From: Octopus vulgaris
Taxonomy: Eukaryota
Direction: 5' to 3'
Length of the DNA: 64,000 bases
Assembly: GCA_951406725.2 (NCBI GenBank)
Contig: OX597819.1
Span: 93,558,001-93,622,000 of the forward strand
Part shown: in pieces, positions 12,294-25,764 of the stretch
Layout: each line of letters begins with the position of its first letter
Numbering within the stretch: position 1 is the first letter of the stretch
Made by a program: the position numbers and the translations under genes
Notes under the pieces: generated by a model
Told to the model about the DNA's origin: nothing
Databases searched by the model: none
The model's input: the letters and a program-made list of their open reading frames with translations, nothing else

Positions 12294-12565
12294 TGATAAT
12301 AATAATATAATAATGATGATAATAATAATATAAATAATGATGATAATAATAATATAAATAATGAGGATAATAATAATGATGATAATAATAATATAAATAA
12401 TAATAATAATAATAATGATGATAATAATAATGATGATAATAATAATATAAATAATAATAATAATATAAATAATAATAATAATGATGATAATAATAATATA
12501 AATAATAATAATAATTTAAATAATAATAATAATGATGATAATAATAATAATGATAAATACAATAA
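12260..12565. repeat. Compound (AAT/GAT)n trinucleotide microsatellite
   Basis: About 300 bp of AAT with GAT and ATATAA interruptions; source of the Leu/Ser/Tyr ORF 12260..12592. Confidence 0.95.
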
Positions 12566-13348
12566 ATTGATAAAAACTAGAAATAACAGCAAAATAGCTT
12601 TTTATAAATTAAAAGCTACAGTCTGCTTAAAAAATATTCTAAAATTGTTAGTGATTGGATATATTTTTTTTCAGATTTCTTAACTTCACTTACAGAAAAT
12701 TGCTAATTCTTATGCAATCATATATACTTGAACACATAAGCATAGACATAATCTTACTCCCAGCTTGCACATACACAGATGTAAACTTCTTCTGAGACAC
12801 ACATATATCCATGTACAAACCCACGTACACACATGCATTTGAATTCAACATTTGTATGCACGATTAATACATGTGCATGTATACAGTCTTAAATTGATAA
12901 CTACATGCATGCACACACGAACACACATACACATGCACACACACACATGCAAGCTCATATGCACTTTTAAATTCATAAACTCAAAAATTTATATATGCAT
13001 AATCTCAGACGTACCATTGACATACAAACATACATATATATACATACATACACACTCACACACACTAACACACACATATATATACAAATACAATATATAT
13101 ATTAACATACATATATTTATATGTAAGTATACACACACATACATATATATGTATACACATGCATACACATGTATGCATATACATATAAACATTTATATAA
13201 ATATAGATGTGTGTATATATATATATATATGTATATATATTTATGCATATATACATATATATATGCACATACATACATATATATGCAAATACATATACAT
13301 ACTCATGTATATATATTCATATATATACACACATACACACACACACAA

Positions 13349-13395
<47 letters not shown>

Positions 13396-13854
13396 TATAA
13401 ATATATATACACATGTACATTGATACTCACACAGACACAAATTCATTCACACACCCATGAACTCATGCCCACACAGCTATTTATTAAACTTCTCAATATG
13501 ACAGAAATTAATATTTTGCAAGTGAAATATATTCATGTCTTACCTGCCCACACATCTGCTCCCCACCCACATACACACACGTACTGCATGTCTGATATCC
13601 AGCTGTCATCATAAAGAGACTTGTCTATTTAATAGTACTAACTCATGTACATTTACAGACAAACTCACATATGCTTGCAAATATAGTTATTTACTTGATA
13701 ACTTTTATTCAACACATGTAGACATAAGACCACATACATACTTGTTATTAGTAACTTTAGTTCAGACATATGTATAGGCACAGGTACATACAAACAAATG
13801 TAAACAAACACACACACACACATACACACACATATATATATATTCTTTTAATCT

Positions 13855-14060
13855 TTTTTTTGTTTCAATCATTTGACTTTGGCCATGCTGGAGTACCACC
13901 TTTAGCCAAGCAAATTGACCTCAGTACTTATTCTATTGGTCTCTTTTACCGAAGTACTAAGTTTCAGGGATGTAAACACACCAACATCAGTTTTCAAGCG
14001 ATGGTGTGGAGACAAACACAGACACACAAATACATACATACATATATATATATATATACA
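13855..14060 (-). mobile_element. OR2-like SINE, 3' half
   Basis: TGTTTCAATCATTTGACTTTGGCCATGCTGGAGTACCACC...AAACACAGACACACAA; the head is replaced by the adjacent mariner fragment. Confidence 0.75.
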
Positions 14061-14099
14061 CACACACACAAACACACATATATACATATATATGGCAAA

Positions 14100-14686
14100 T
14101 GAAAGTCCAAAAAAGGTTCATTCATGAGATGTGACAGCAAAGAAGAGCACATATTCACTCACTGCAGGAACCAACTGACTCAATTTGCTGAGTTTCTTGG
14201 CAGCACGCAGGTGTCAATGAATGTTTGAATGACCAAATCCAAGCTCCTCTGCTAGTTCCTCAACAGTTACAATGGGATTTCGTTCCACTAGTGTTTGCAG
14301 GACATCCTCAAGCTCTACAGCTCTTCTAGGACAAGGCTCATCTTCTAGGCTGTAGTTTCCAGCTTGCAGTTTCTGGAACCACGTTGACACTGGCTTATTC
14401 TTATTGTCTGATACCCTTATACTGCATTAATATTCCTCACACTTTCCATTGCCTAGTTGCCTTTATTGAATTTATAAAGCAAAATATACCGAATATGCTC
14501 CTTTGTCACTTCCATTATAGCTTTGAAAAATTGATCTGCACTTTCCAAAACTTGTCCTAAGAATAAGTACAAGCTAAAATTACTACCTGCTTTTATAGCA
14601 AGTTGATGCAGGTAGTTTATCTCGACCCCTCTGACTTTTAGTTCATGCAATTGAAAAAACCCTATTATTTATAGGACGACTCAATA
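14100..14686 (-). mobile_element. Mariner transposon left half: TIR plus transposase N-terminal pseudogene
   Basis: From the ATG at 14515 (minus), with stops and frameshifts: MEVTKEHIRYILLYKFNKGN*...WFQKLQAGNYSLEDEPC...LVERNPIVTVEELAEELGFGHSNIH*HLRAAKKLSKLSQLVPAVSE...SLLSHLMNEPFLD, i.e. mariner HTH domains and a WVPHEL-like linker. Terminus TATTGAGTCGTCCTATAAATAAT at 14686-14664. Confidence 0.9.
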
Positions 14687-15039
14687 TATATGTATTCTTC
14701 ATTTATTTTTTAAGGGAGTTTAATAAAATGTGTGTGTGTGTGAGTGTATGTGAATGTTGGCATGTTTCTGTCTTCCCATTGTCTAGATGTTGTTCACACA
14801 TTACTTAGTTACAATACCATTATCAATAAGCCTTGGTTTACTATCTACCAGGTAAACATGCCTGGCAATTAAGTGGATCATTGTTCGATAGATCTAGGCA
14901 CTAGAGGGGAAGAAGGGTCTTTCCTTACTAGGAGACAGCTGAGTGTTGGCGATAGGAAGAACATCCAGCTGTGCCAGAAAAAACTTACCCCTGTAAGCTT
15001 CATCTAACCCATGCCAACATAGAAAAGCAGATGTTAAAA

Positions 15040-15070
<31 letters not shown>

Positions 15071-16249
15071 GATAATGCTGATTATGATGATACCAATTCC
15101 TTACAAATTTGTTACATTGTGTTGTGTCAATGCAACAAATATTTATTATCACTATTATTATTATTAATTGAAATCTAGAATTCACGGTGATGATTAAGTC
15201 CTTGTGTGAAAATCTGAATAATTCTCCTATTCTCCTTTGGTAAGAAGGTACCAATACAAGGAAATCAAAACACACTATTGTTATTGTTGTTGTTTTATTA
15301 GAATTTGATTAAACGACATATGAATATGAGATGAGTCAATATAAGTGAAGCATGATGTATCATCCATATGAAACCACTGCAACATGAATGAAGATAAAAA
15401 TATCGTTGCATACAATGAACAAAAAAAGAAAGCTAAAACCCTCTTTCTATTCTACTGCAAGAATAATCTTTTATACAAAGATTTATCTGATAAGAACTTG
15501 AACAATGAAAAAGTTTCCTTCAAATTCTTACATAAGACATATAGTTTTCTTCTATATTTTATATCTCTGTTTAGTTACTTGTTTTTTTGTATATTTATTA
15601 AACTTAATATGTAAACATATATATATATATAGCCTGGTGTATAGAATTGTAGCCTAGAAAATATTCCATAACATATATTCACCCAAAGATTAATTCTGCC
15701 CAAAGATTCTGTCAATGAATAAATCTGCATGTTCTTCCCCGCCAAATAAATGAATAAATAAAAAGAAAGAAAAGAAAAAGAAAGAAATAAGAAATTACTT
15801 ATTCAGGGTATTTTTAAGAAATAGTTCTTAGAATGAATATTTTCATTTTCTAAAATTAACAATAATTATTTTATATTTTAATACTAATATTAATCTCTGC
15901 CAGTCTATCTCTTTCTGTTTCTTGCTTAGATGTAGAACTGTAAATAAAATGAGTTAAAGGAAATAATCAAACTAGGCTAATGGTATGAACTTGGATAATA
16001 AAGTTGTTCATTTTTTTATTACTTAATTAGATAGAAGGGTAGGTCCCATGAATCTTTACAGAGACTAAGGCTGCAGTTTCTGTAAAGGGCTTTAAAAACT
16101 GGTAGGAAGGCAGGAAATATCTTCAAACTGATGGCTTGGCACAAGTCCTTCCATTAAAGTGAGCTACACTAATAGTACCCAAGCACCAAATGGTAGTGTT
16201 AAACCAAGTGAGGAAATTAAGTCTACTTTACTTTAACACTCCAGTTGGC

Positions 16250-16760
16250 CACAACAGAAGCTGAGCTCAGAATACAAAGAACTAGAATAAATACGGCAAA
16301 TTATCACCCAGTCCAGCAATATAGTTACTCTAACAACCAACCAAACACATTTGACAGTATTTTATTTACTGACCCATCCAACACCATCGGCTTACACACA
16401 AGGACCCAGCTCAGTAATAACATAGATTTATCACCAATTCTCTGTGTCAGTGAGACACAGGAAAACATCATGAAAATCAATGGAAAGCTGAATGTGATCT
16501 ATAAAAGATGCTTGAGAAGGATTCTGAGAATGTTCTGACAAGAACAAGTAACCAAGGAAGACATGACATTCTAATGACAACCAATACAAGACCACTTAGT
16601 CAAATAATCTCAGAACAAAGATTAAATTAATCACCTCACATACTCCAGCTACCAGATCAACACATTTTAAAATAGCTTCTAACTGGACACCATCAGAGAG
16701 TAAGAGAAAGAGAGGGAAACCAAAAGCTACATGGTTCAACATTCATAACTGATATGAGAA
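16250..16760 (+). mobile_element. RTE-clade LINE ORF2 C-terminal relic
   Basis: KRCLRRILRMF*QEQVTKE and NWTPSESKRKRGKPKATW match RTE motifs RCLRRIL.I.WQD.V.N and W.P.GKR.RGRP..TW. Confidence 0.8.
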
Positions 16761-16779
16761 AGGCTGTTTCATATACCTT

Positions 16780-16931
16780 TACTTCTGAGTTCAAATTCTG
16801 CCAATGTGTACTTTGTCATTCATCCGTCTGGGATATATAAAATAAGTACCAGTTGAACGCAGGGAGTCAATGCAATCAACTTTACCCATCCCCAGAAATT
16901 GATGGCTTTGTGCAAAAATTTGAAACCAATA
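16780..16931 (+). mobile_element. OR1-like SINE, 5'-truncated
   Basis: TTCTGAGTTCAAATTCTGCC...AATAAGTACCAGTTGA...AAAATTTGAAACCAATATT; another decayed copy at ~17170-17390. Confidence 0.7.
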
Positions 16932-17158
16932 TTAATCCTTTAACATTCACATTATTCTATCAAATGTAATGCTTTTTTTTATTCACATTGTTATAAATTA
17001 ATCATGAATTATCTTGTAGCTAAGAGATTTTAATGAGGTAACCGTTAATTTTTAGAATATTTTAGAATTGATGTGAGAAGCCAGATCTGGCCAGTTTGAA
17101 CATAAAACAGGCAGAATATTTTGGCCGGATATGACAGATTTAAAAGCTAAAGGGTTAA
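16932..17158. mobile_element. piggyBac-like MITE (TTAA-flanked)
   Basis: TTAA-TCCTTTAACATT ... AAAGCTAAAGGG-TTAA; same family in opposite orientation at 62149-62343, with partial copies at ~27560-28167 and ~48437. Confidence 0.7.
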
Positions 17159-18248
17159 TGCAGTTATAAGAGGGCTGAATTGATTGGCTAAAACATTAAA
17201 GTTACAGGCAAAATGCTTTGCAGCAATCAGTCACAGTCCTTTGCAATTTGAGTACATTACCAGTTCTATTGAGGGTTAAATTTGCCTATCATCTTCAAAA
17301 CAGAGGTCAAAGTACCAGTGTCTATTTTATCGACTCCAGACCTTTCCCCCTATGTTTGTAGGCTTGTGCCACACCAGTATTAGAAATCGATAAGAGGGAA
17401 AAACATAACATGGACACTGCTGAAAGGCCATCACCAAAAATACATAGTAATAATCAATGCTTTATTATCATCAAAGAAATTGTAGTTTGGTTATCAGTTT
17501 CATGACACTGAAACAGATAACCTTTTATTTCTCAAAATATACCAATAGGTGCATACATACATACATACATGTGTGTGTGTGTGCATCTATGTATGTATGT
17601 AAGTATATATGTATGTATATATGTCTCTATGCATGTATGATATATGTAATGCACATATGCATATATATATATACACATATATGTGTGTGTATGTATATAT
17701 GGATATGTGTATGTATATACATGTGTGTATACACACACACACATGCACATACACGTGCACACAAATGTATTTATTCCATTATAAGTACATTTGTCAATCT
17801 GTCTTTGCTTTCATTGCAACTGATAAGTAGAACAAAGGATTGCTAGTCTATAAAGCTATTTATGTGTCTGTATCAGCTCCATACATGACTGATCAATTAT
17901 GAAGAAGCTTTTGATTCTGACTGTAGAGAGAGTAATCCAAACTCAAGCAGCATTTTAAAAAAACGCTGGATATAATCATGATGAGAAGTTACTTTCACTA
18001 CCAGAAATGCTGTGTGTGCACATATATATATATATATATTCATATGGTAGTGCCCAGCATAACAACTGCCTCTGACTGACACCAATTTAAGAATTAAAAA
18101 AAATAATAGAAAACAACCTACACACACACACATGAATATATGTACATGTATGTATCTCTATCTACTCATCTCTCTCTTTATCTAGCAATCTATCTAAACT
18201 CGCTATCTCTCTCTCTCTCTCTATTTATCAACCTATGTATGTATGTAT

Positions 18249-18295
<47 letters not shown>

Positions 18296-18298
<3 letters not shown>

Positions 18299-18485
18299 GC
18301 CATGATAGATCGTTAGCTACTACACACATTTTTTTCTCTTCTTGTTTTTCGGTGTCCCTTTCTGTAGAAGAGCGCAGGCTCGAAACGTAAAAGACTTTTC
18401 CTATTCCTGAGCGTTATACTAATACATCTGTTTGTTTTGTACACCACCTGTCTTCATCTTTTGTTTTTTTCGTAAACTCTCCCTA
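18296..18485 (+). mobile_element. Penelope-like element terminal fragment in a (TA)n array, containing a minimal hammerhead-like motif (18358-18393)
   Basis: CTTT-CTGTAGA-A-GAGC GCAG GCTC-GAAAC-GTA-AAAG; flanked by (TA)n on both sides. Confidence 0.6.
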
Positions 18486-18747
18486 TATATATATATATAT
18501 ATATATATTGGAACTGAAAGTCTTCTTAAACAAATTAAATGGATAAGGACAGAGTAAGTCAACAGTTGCTGTTTTCTCTGATCTGGAATTTTTTCTTCAG
18601 CAACTAGTTCTTGCCATCCCTTTACACAGCTATCCCTATGATAGACTATTACTATATAAACTTTAATATGCCCATAAATATATACTTATGAAAGGAGTTA
18701 TACATACATACATTCAGACACAAAACAAAAACATCTTCATGTATACA

Positions 18748-18937
18748 AAGTCGATTACATCGATCCCAGTGCATAACTGGTGCTTAATTTATTGACCCCG
18801 AAAGGATGAAAGGCAAAGTCAACCTCGGTAGAATTTGAGCTCACAACGTAACAGCAGACGAAATACCACTAAGCATTTCGCCCAGCGTGCTAACTAAGCA
18901 TTTCACCTGGTGTGCTAACAATTCTGCCAGCTCACCA
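18748..18937 (-). mobile_element. OR1-like SINE with internal short duplication
   Basis: GTCGATTACATCGATCCCAG...GAAAGGATGAAAGGCAAAGTCAACCTCGG...; ACTAAGCATTTC.CC..G.GTGCTAAC is duplicated at ~18868-18919. Confidence 0.8.
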
Positions 18938-19294
18938 TTTTTTCCATCCTGTAAATTAAAAATATAGAAACCATGACTGAAAAGCCAGAACAACAAAGAA
19001 AACTACAGGAGCAAACTAAATGAATATGGAAATACAATTTCTAAGACTGAGAGGTGAAACTAATGGAAACAAATACAAAGAAATTGCTTAACAAATGGAA
19101 GAAGAGTGTACCAAAAAACAGAAGGATTACTTTTGTATATCATTGATACTGTATCTGCTGTCAATCACACTGGGTGGAATGTAAAGTAAAAAGATTTATA
19201 TGTCTCAATGTTTACATTATAAATATTTATATATCTAAAATGATTTATATATCTGTTTTTGTCTTGTAATCTTTCTAAAAAGAATACGACAATT

Positions 19295-19760
19295 GGTGCA
19301 GGTATGGCTGTGTGGTAAGAAACTTGCTTCACAACTACATGGTTCTGGGTTCAGTCCCTCTGTGTGACACCTTCACCTGTGTGACACCTTCACCTGTGTG
19401 ACACCTTCACCTGTGTGACACCTTCACCTGTGTGACACCTTGGGCAAGTGTCTTCTACAACAGTCCCAGGCCAACCAATGCCTTGTGAGTGAATTTGATA
19501 GACAGAAAGAAGCATGATACATACATATATATATATGTGTGTGTGTGTGAGCTTATGTCTACGTACGTACTCCACAACTGTTTAACATGTGATGCTGGTA
19601 TTCTTTATGTCCCTGTAACTTAGCATCTCAATAAAAGACCAATAGAATAAGAACTAGGCTTAAGAAAAAATAGTACCAGGGCTGACTCATTCAACTAGAA
19701 CTTCTCCAGAAAAGTGCCCCAGTATGGCCGCAGTCTAATGACTGAAATAAGTGAAAGATA
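19295..19760 (+). mobile_element. OR2-like (CORE-type) tRNA SINE with internal 17-bp tandem array
   Basis: GGTGCAGGTATGGCTGTGTGGTAAG...GGGTTCAGTCCC, then (CTGTGTGACACCTTCAC) x~4.8 at 19360-19441, then GGGCAAGTGTCTTCTAC...ATGACTGAAATAAG. Confidence 0.85.
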
Positions 19761-19859
19761 ACTGTTTTAACTTTATTGTGCATTTTCATCCATTTTTTTT
19801 GTTTATAAAACATGGCTGGAAGCTTTTTACTGTTTTTCAACACACATACACATATATGT

Positions 19860-20188
<329 letters not shown>

Positions 20189-20209
20189 TTCAAATGGCTA
20201 TATATATTC

Positions 20210-20296
20210 TATGAGGGAAGTTTTCTTAGTGACTTCAAAGTTTGATGAGGATGAGCAAGCTGAGTCTTTGAAGTCACTTTCAATCTTTTCCTCATA
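20210..20296. mobile_element. Tiny hairpin MITE (mariner-type TA.GAGG termini)
   Basis: TATGAGGGAAG...AGTGACTTCAAAG (20228-20240) / CTTTGAAGTCACT (20266-20278)...CTTTTCCTCATA. Confidence 0.6.
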
Positions 20297-23200
20297 AAGC
20301 TTACTACATATGCATACGTACATGCACACACATACACAAACACACATACATATATACATACATTTTATCCATAATTGTTGCTTTGACACAATATACATAA
20401 TTTTGCCTGTGGCTCTTCAAGAGCTGAAGAATATTATTTAAAGAATCCAGTTTATAGGTTGCATTTGGCAAAAGGAAAAGAAATTACATACATATGTATG
20501 TATGTATGTATGTGTGTTTGTGTACGTGTGTGTATGCATGTATGCATGTATACTCCTGTTAAAGTAAATATACAGAGAAATAAGAAATATAGACACAGAT
20601 ATATGTGTGTGTGTGTATGTGTGAGTTGTAAGGAACCAAAAATGGTTTGTGTCTATGTCTGTATCTGTATGTGTGTCTACATGAAGAAAAAGGGGAGGTG
20701 ACATATTGATTCATTCACATTAATAAGAATAAATTAATGACAACAGAAAAGTATGCAGAATTGTTAGTTTTGACTGCGAGCATGTGTGCGTGTTTGAATG
20801 TACATATATAAGTTTATGTCAATGTATGTTTGCGTGTAAACTTGCATTAAATGCCATACATTATTCGTTACCAGCCTATTCAATTATTACAGCAATTACT
20901 TATCGCCCAATGGACAGGGTATTTAATTTATAAGACAGCAAAAAGCAGAGCATTGCTTAACATTTGCCACCTTTTTTCTTTAACTAGATAATATATCAGA
21001 TTGAGAACCAGTTAAACAGCTCTCTATTTCTTGCCATTTAAAAGATACAAAGAATATATTTGGCTTACCATTTTAAACATTTTACCACAGAAATCAGATA
21101 TATCCATTCAAAATTTCATTACCTTTACCAGTAGAGAGTAGTTTTATATACCAATCTGTCTTTTGTTGAGAAATGTCTTGTTTGAAAGAATTTTTCATTG
21201 AGATATGCCATGTTTATTGAAGCAACGTGACTTGCAGAAAATACCAATTCCATCATTACAGGAATAACTATGAAATTTGATTTTGAAGTTAAAGAGTTAA
21301 TAATCTGTAAACAGCCCATTGAGTGTCTAAGTGTGTGCCACTGCATTTATTCATAGAAGCTCATATACTCATACTAATGCACACAGGAAACTCAGAGCAG
21401 GGTCACTGGGTGGGGGAGTGCCACAAATTAATTATGTCTCTGGTAGAGCTCTCTTCTTTCTATCCCTTTTCTCTAACACCATCTCTGCTTTTTTAATTTT
21501 CTTCCACTCCTTATTTTTTACTGTCTGTTTACCTGACTGTTAGGTAATTACATACTATTTCTCTCTCTCCCCCTCTTCTGTCTCTCTTTCTCACACTATT
21601 ACTCAGCCACCTATCAAATTTATTTATCTAATCTGCTTCTCTTTAAAATACACTCTTTCTATATATTCCATCTCTTTCAGTATAGCCAATGCTTTCTCTT
21701 TCCACATTTCTTTAGCATGACAGGAAGCCAGTAAAACAATAGAATGAACGTGACACATGACTTGACTTTTTATGTATAGAGATTTTGATTTCTTTTTATG
21801 CTTATTAAACTTCAGTTTTTAAATAGAGGGCAGTTTTATAGCAAAAATGAATACTATAAAATTCAACACTTGTATCCCTGATCTCAGACATATTGATATA
21901 TTTTCTCCAGGGGAATCAGAGAGGTATTACTAACACACAAACTGATTTTATGGAATGAATGATTGATTGACTGACTGATTGACTAACTGATTCATATGTT
22001 GATTAAGATATTGATTTATTGTTAGATAGACATAGCGATAGATTGTTTGAATGGTAGATTGACTGATTGCTTGATTGAGTAATTGACAGCTTGATAGGTA
22101 AATAGTTTTGATGGGTAGATTGGTATGTAGATTGAGAGATTAATTGAGAAACTGATTGATAGAAAAATATGTAGGAAATCAATAAATTGATTGATTGATA
22201 GATTAATTGGTTAAAAAACTGAGTGATTAAAATATAGATGCATTGGTTTATTGATGATTTGAATGAAAGAGTGATAGATAGATAGATAGATATGAATTTA
22301 TTGACACACAGATTAATTGGCTAAATGATTCAGTGTTTAAATGATAGATTATGTGATAGATGTACTGATTTATTGTTGGTTTGAATGATGGATTGATAGA
22401 TTGATTGAATAGTTGACTAATAGGCAGGAAATAAGAACAAGCCATAAATATTACTTGTCTCCATGGAATTGGGAGTGTTTATTGAACTTCAACATTATTA
22501 AATAACCATTTGCATTTCTCATGAATAATTCCCAAATGAAGAATTCTCTCATTCTGCAGATGCTAGAACCTCCAGTAACATATCTTATGAATCACATGTA
22601 TGCAAGAATAATTCCAGAAACTGATGTAAAAATTATATTGGACATCTATTGTCTCATAAGAAACATGGATGCTTTTAATTTAAGTTGCTATATTTTGATA
22701 GAAACTATTAGAATATGGTAGACATTTCACAATCTGGTAGCTATTGCATTCCAACAAAAATAACCAAAAAATATATTTGAAAAATTCTGCATATTATGAG
22801 CCATGATATCAAGATTGCTTGAATGGAAAGAGTGAAAAGAATTATGAAAGTAAAGTCTAGCCTCATTTTTGGAATAAAATAAAAAATGTTTTTGACATCA
22901 TAAGAATTTATAAACTTTTGAGAGAACATGAGATAATTCTTTTTTTTGGGGGGAAGTGGATCTCAAAGCGCATAAACGTTATAAATAATAGCATGTAAAT
23001 ATTGAATTGAAAAACCTTTTTGGATAGAAGTCAAAGGCTTTTACTCTTAAAAGTTTTCAACCCAATGTAAAGCATCTGTGTGCTTCAAGATCCAATTCCA
23101 AAAGGAGAATTATAAAATTTTTAAAAATATTTTTCCTATATTTTACTATTCTTCTATGTGTATCAGTTATGTCTGTAGCCATACTGGAGCACTGCCTTGA

Positions 23201-23722
23201 GGAGTTATACTCAAATTAAATAACTGCTTATTTTAAGTTTAGTACTTACATTTATTGCCTCGTTTTTTTGCTGCACCACTATGTTACTGCAATGTAAACA
23301 TATTAACAACACTGGTTGTGAAACAGTGAAAGGTAAACCGAATTGCATATACAAACACAAATATTGTTTACACATACAGAGACATTGAACAGTTTTTGCA
23401 AAAGATACTTGATACAATCACAATATTTAAAGAAAGATTTTCTTAAGTTATTGACTACTTTATAAAGTTTCTTTTAAATAGGTAATAACTTTTAAGAAAA
23501 TATTTCTTTAAACTTACATACATACATTCATATATGCATACATATAAATATATATATATAGGCATACATACAAACATATACACATACATATGTATATAAT
23601 TATATATACATACATATATGCATATAAACATATACACATGCATGCACACACACACACATATACATATATATACACACATGCATTTATATATTATCTATGC
23701 ACACGTTATACACACACAGATA

Positions 23723-23767
<45 letters not shown>

Positions 23768-24053
23768 TTACATATGCTAAACTTAAATAAAATATTCCAT
23801 GAAATTGTTAGACATACAGATTTTCCACGCAATTTTAATAAATGAATGGAAAATAAATAAGTAAATAAACTGTAAGTATAAATTAGAAAAATATGGAATG
23901 CAGAGTGTAGCTTCAATACTTGGGGTTAAATTTCATGGGGACAAGGTTTCATTAGATAGTTCTATAAAAGCATACCTGAAATCTCCCTCTCTCTTCCCTT
24001 CTCTCTTTCTTTCTCTCTCTCACTCTCTCCCTCTATATATATATGTAAATATT

Positions 24054-24096
<43 letters not shown>

Positions 24097-24124
24097 ATGT
24101 ATATGCTAAACTTAAATAAAACAC

Positions 24125-24642
24125 TAAATGAATTGAAGGCATTGCTGCTCTCGATTATTGGGACTACCTTGAAACTCTACTCTCTCCAGCATCGCCGTGA
24201 GCGGTACATCATTTGTACGATGTGGGGAATATACTGCCTACTTTGCCCAAACGACCTGAACATTAGCTTCAAGGTTCATCCAAGACTGGGACCATGGGCC
24301 ATACGTCCCCTGCCCAATTCAAGATCACAGCATACATGTACACTGCAACATAATTTCTTTTCCTCAACAGGCCCTGCCCTATTTAACACTGTACCGAAAG
24401 AGATCAAAGAGGAAAAGGATCCCATCAACTTTAAACGGAGTCTGGATAGATTCCTTCAAGGAATACCAGATAAGCCACACATAATTGGATACAACTCATC
24501 CAACAAAAACTCACTAATTGAATGGACCATAATCAAAACTTGACTTAAACAGGATTCAGATAATCCTATCAGGTGGTGCTATTAAGTTAGACATGGCCTG
24601 GACCAATCTTTGGTCGAAACATATCTAAGTTTATCTAAGTTT
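24125..24642 (+). mobile_element. CR1/L2-group LINE 3' end (ORF2 C-terminus, 3' UTR, tandem tail)
   Basis: LKLYSLQHRRERYIIC.MW...FFSSTGPALFNTVPKEIKEEKDPINFKRSLDRFLQGIPDKP...GY...NSL.EW*, followed by the tail (TATCTAAGTT)2 and (TA)n. Confidence 0.9.
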
Positions 24643-24699
24643 ATATATATATATATATTTATATATATATAGTTTTTGTTTTGTTTTTATTTGTCTTGC

Positions 24700-25020
24700 A
24701 AGTACTTGATGACCCTGTCAGTGTAGGTGCCACTTAAAAGCACCCAGTCCACACTGTAAAGTGGTTGACGTTTGGAAGGACAACCAGCTGTAAAATCCTT
24801 ACCAAAACTGACCCCGCCTGTGCTTGTACTATGTAAAAAGCACTAAGTCTAATCTGCTAAGTGGTTGGTGTTAGGAACGGCATCCAGCTGTAAAAATCCT
24901 GCCAAAACAGTTACAAAAGTCTGGTTCAGGCTTCTGCCTGGCCAGCTCTTATCAAACCATCACACCCATGCCAGCATGGAAGGCAGACATTATACAATGA
25001 TGATAATGATGACGATGATG
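24700..25020 (+). mobile_element. SINE-like element with duplicated GGAAGG.CATCCAGCTGTAAAA domain and (GAT)n tail
   Basis: GTGGTTG..GTT.GGAA.G.CA.CCAGCTGTAAAA occurs twice; ends CCCATGCCAGCATGGAAGGCAGACATT...GATGATG. Related decayed pieces at ~9205, 14940, 35630, 53090, 54920 and 63350. Confidence 0.7.
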
Positions 25021-25261
25021 ATATCTAAATATACATATATATATTTATAAACATATGTGTGTGTGTATATGTGATATGAAAATCAGAAAGGCTTAAAGTT
25101 CAAACACAGTTTGTAATTTACTTGTACTCTACAGCTGTTTCATTTGTGAAAAACATTAATTCCATAAATATGTCTATTGAGCTTTTAATTACTGAGGCTA
25201 TATTTTGGGGTGTTTGTGCATCAATTCTCTTTCTGTTCTCTACCACTCTTCTCTTTATCTT

Positions 25262-25311
<50 letters not shown>

Positions 25312-25326
25312 TATGTATATGTATAG

Positions 25327-25357
<31 letters not shown>

Positions 25358-25764
25358 TACATTAATTCTGGAACTTAGAAATATTGGAGTTATCTTTTCT
25401 TTATATAGTCACAAAACATTGGGATTTTCCTAAGGAAATGATACAACAGTTAATCTTTGCCAAAATTGACTCTCCAGTACCAGACACCAACAATACCACA
25501 ACAAAAAATTTATAAATAAAATAGTAAATAGGATTAAAGGATTTAAGCAGTATTCTATCATTTTCTGAAGAAAATCCAGACATTTTATATTTGCATATAA
25601 ATAAATACATGACCAAATATCTCCGTTACTTTTGGTTAAGTTTTCTATCATTATTAATATTTTTTACTGTATACTACCAAGAACTTTTATTCTTATACAT
25701 GTATGTGTGTTTGTGTGTGTATATACATACATGTGTGTGTGTGTGTGTGTGTGTATGTGTGTAT

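Noticed and set aside
12260-12592. Leu-rich membrane-like ORF
   Set aside because: Reverse translation of an (AAT/GAT)n repeat.
19360-19441. CRISPR-like direct repeats
   Set aside because: The units are head-to-tail with no spacers, there are no cas genes, and the context is a eukaryotic SINE.
21125-21346. Minus-strand ORF with apparent acceptor (TTTACAG) and donor (GTAAAG): possible nested antisense gene exon
   Set aside because: No recognisable protein similarity and no partner exons identified.
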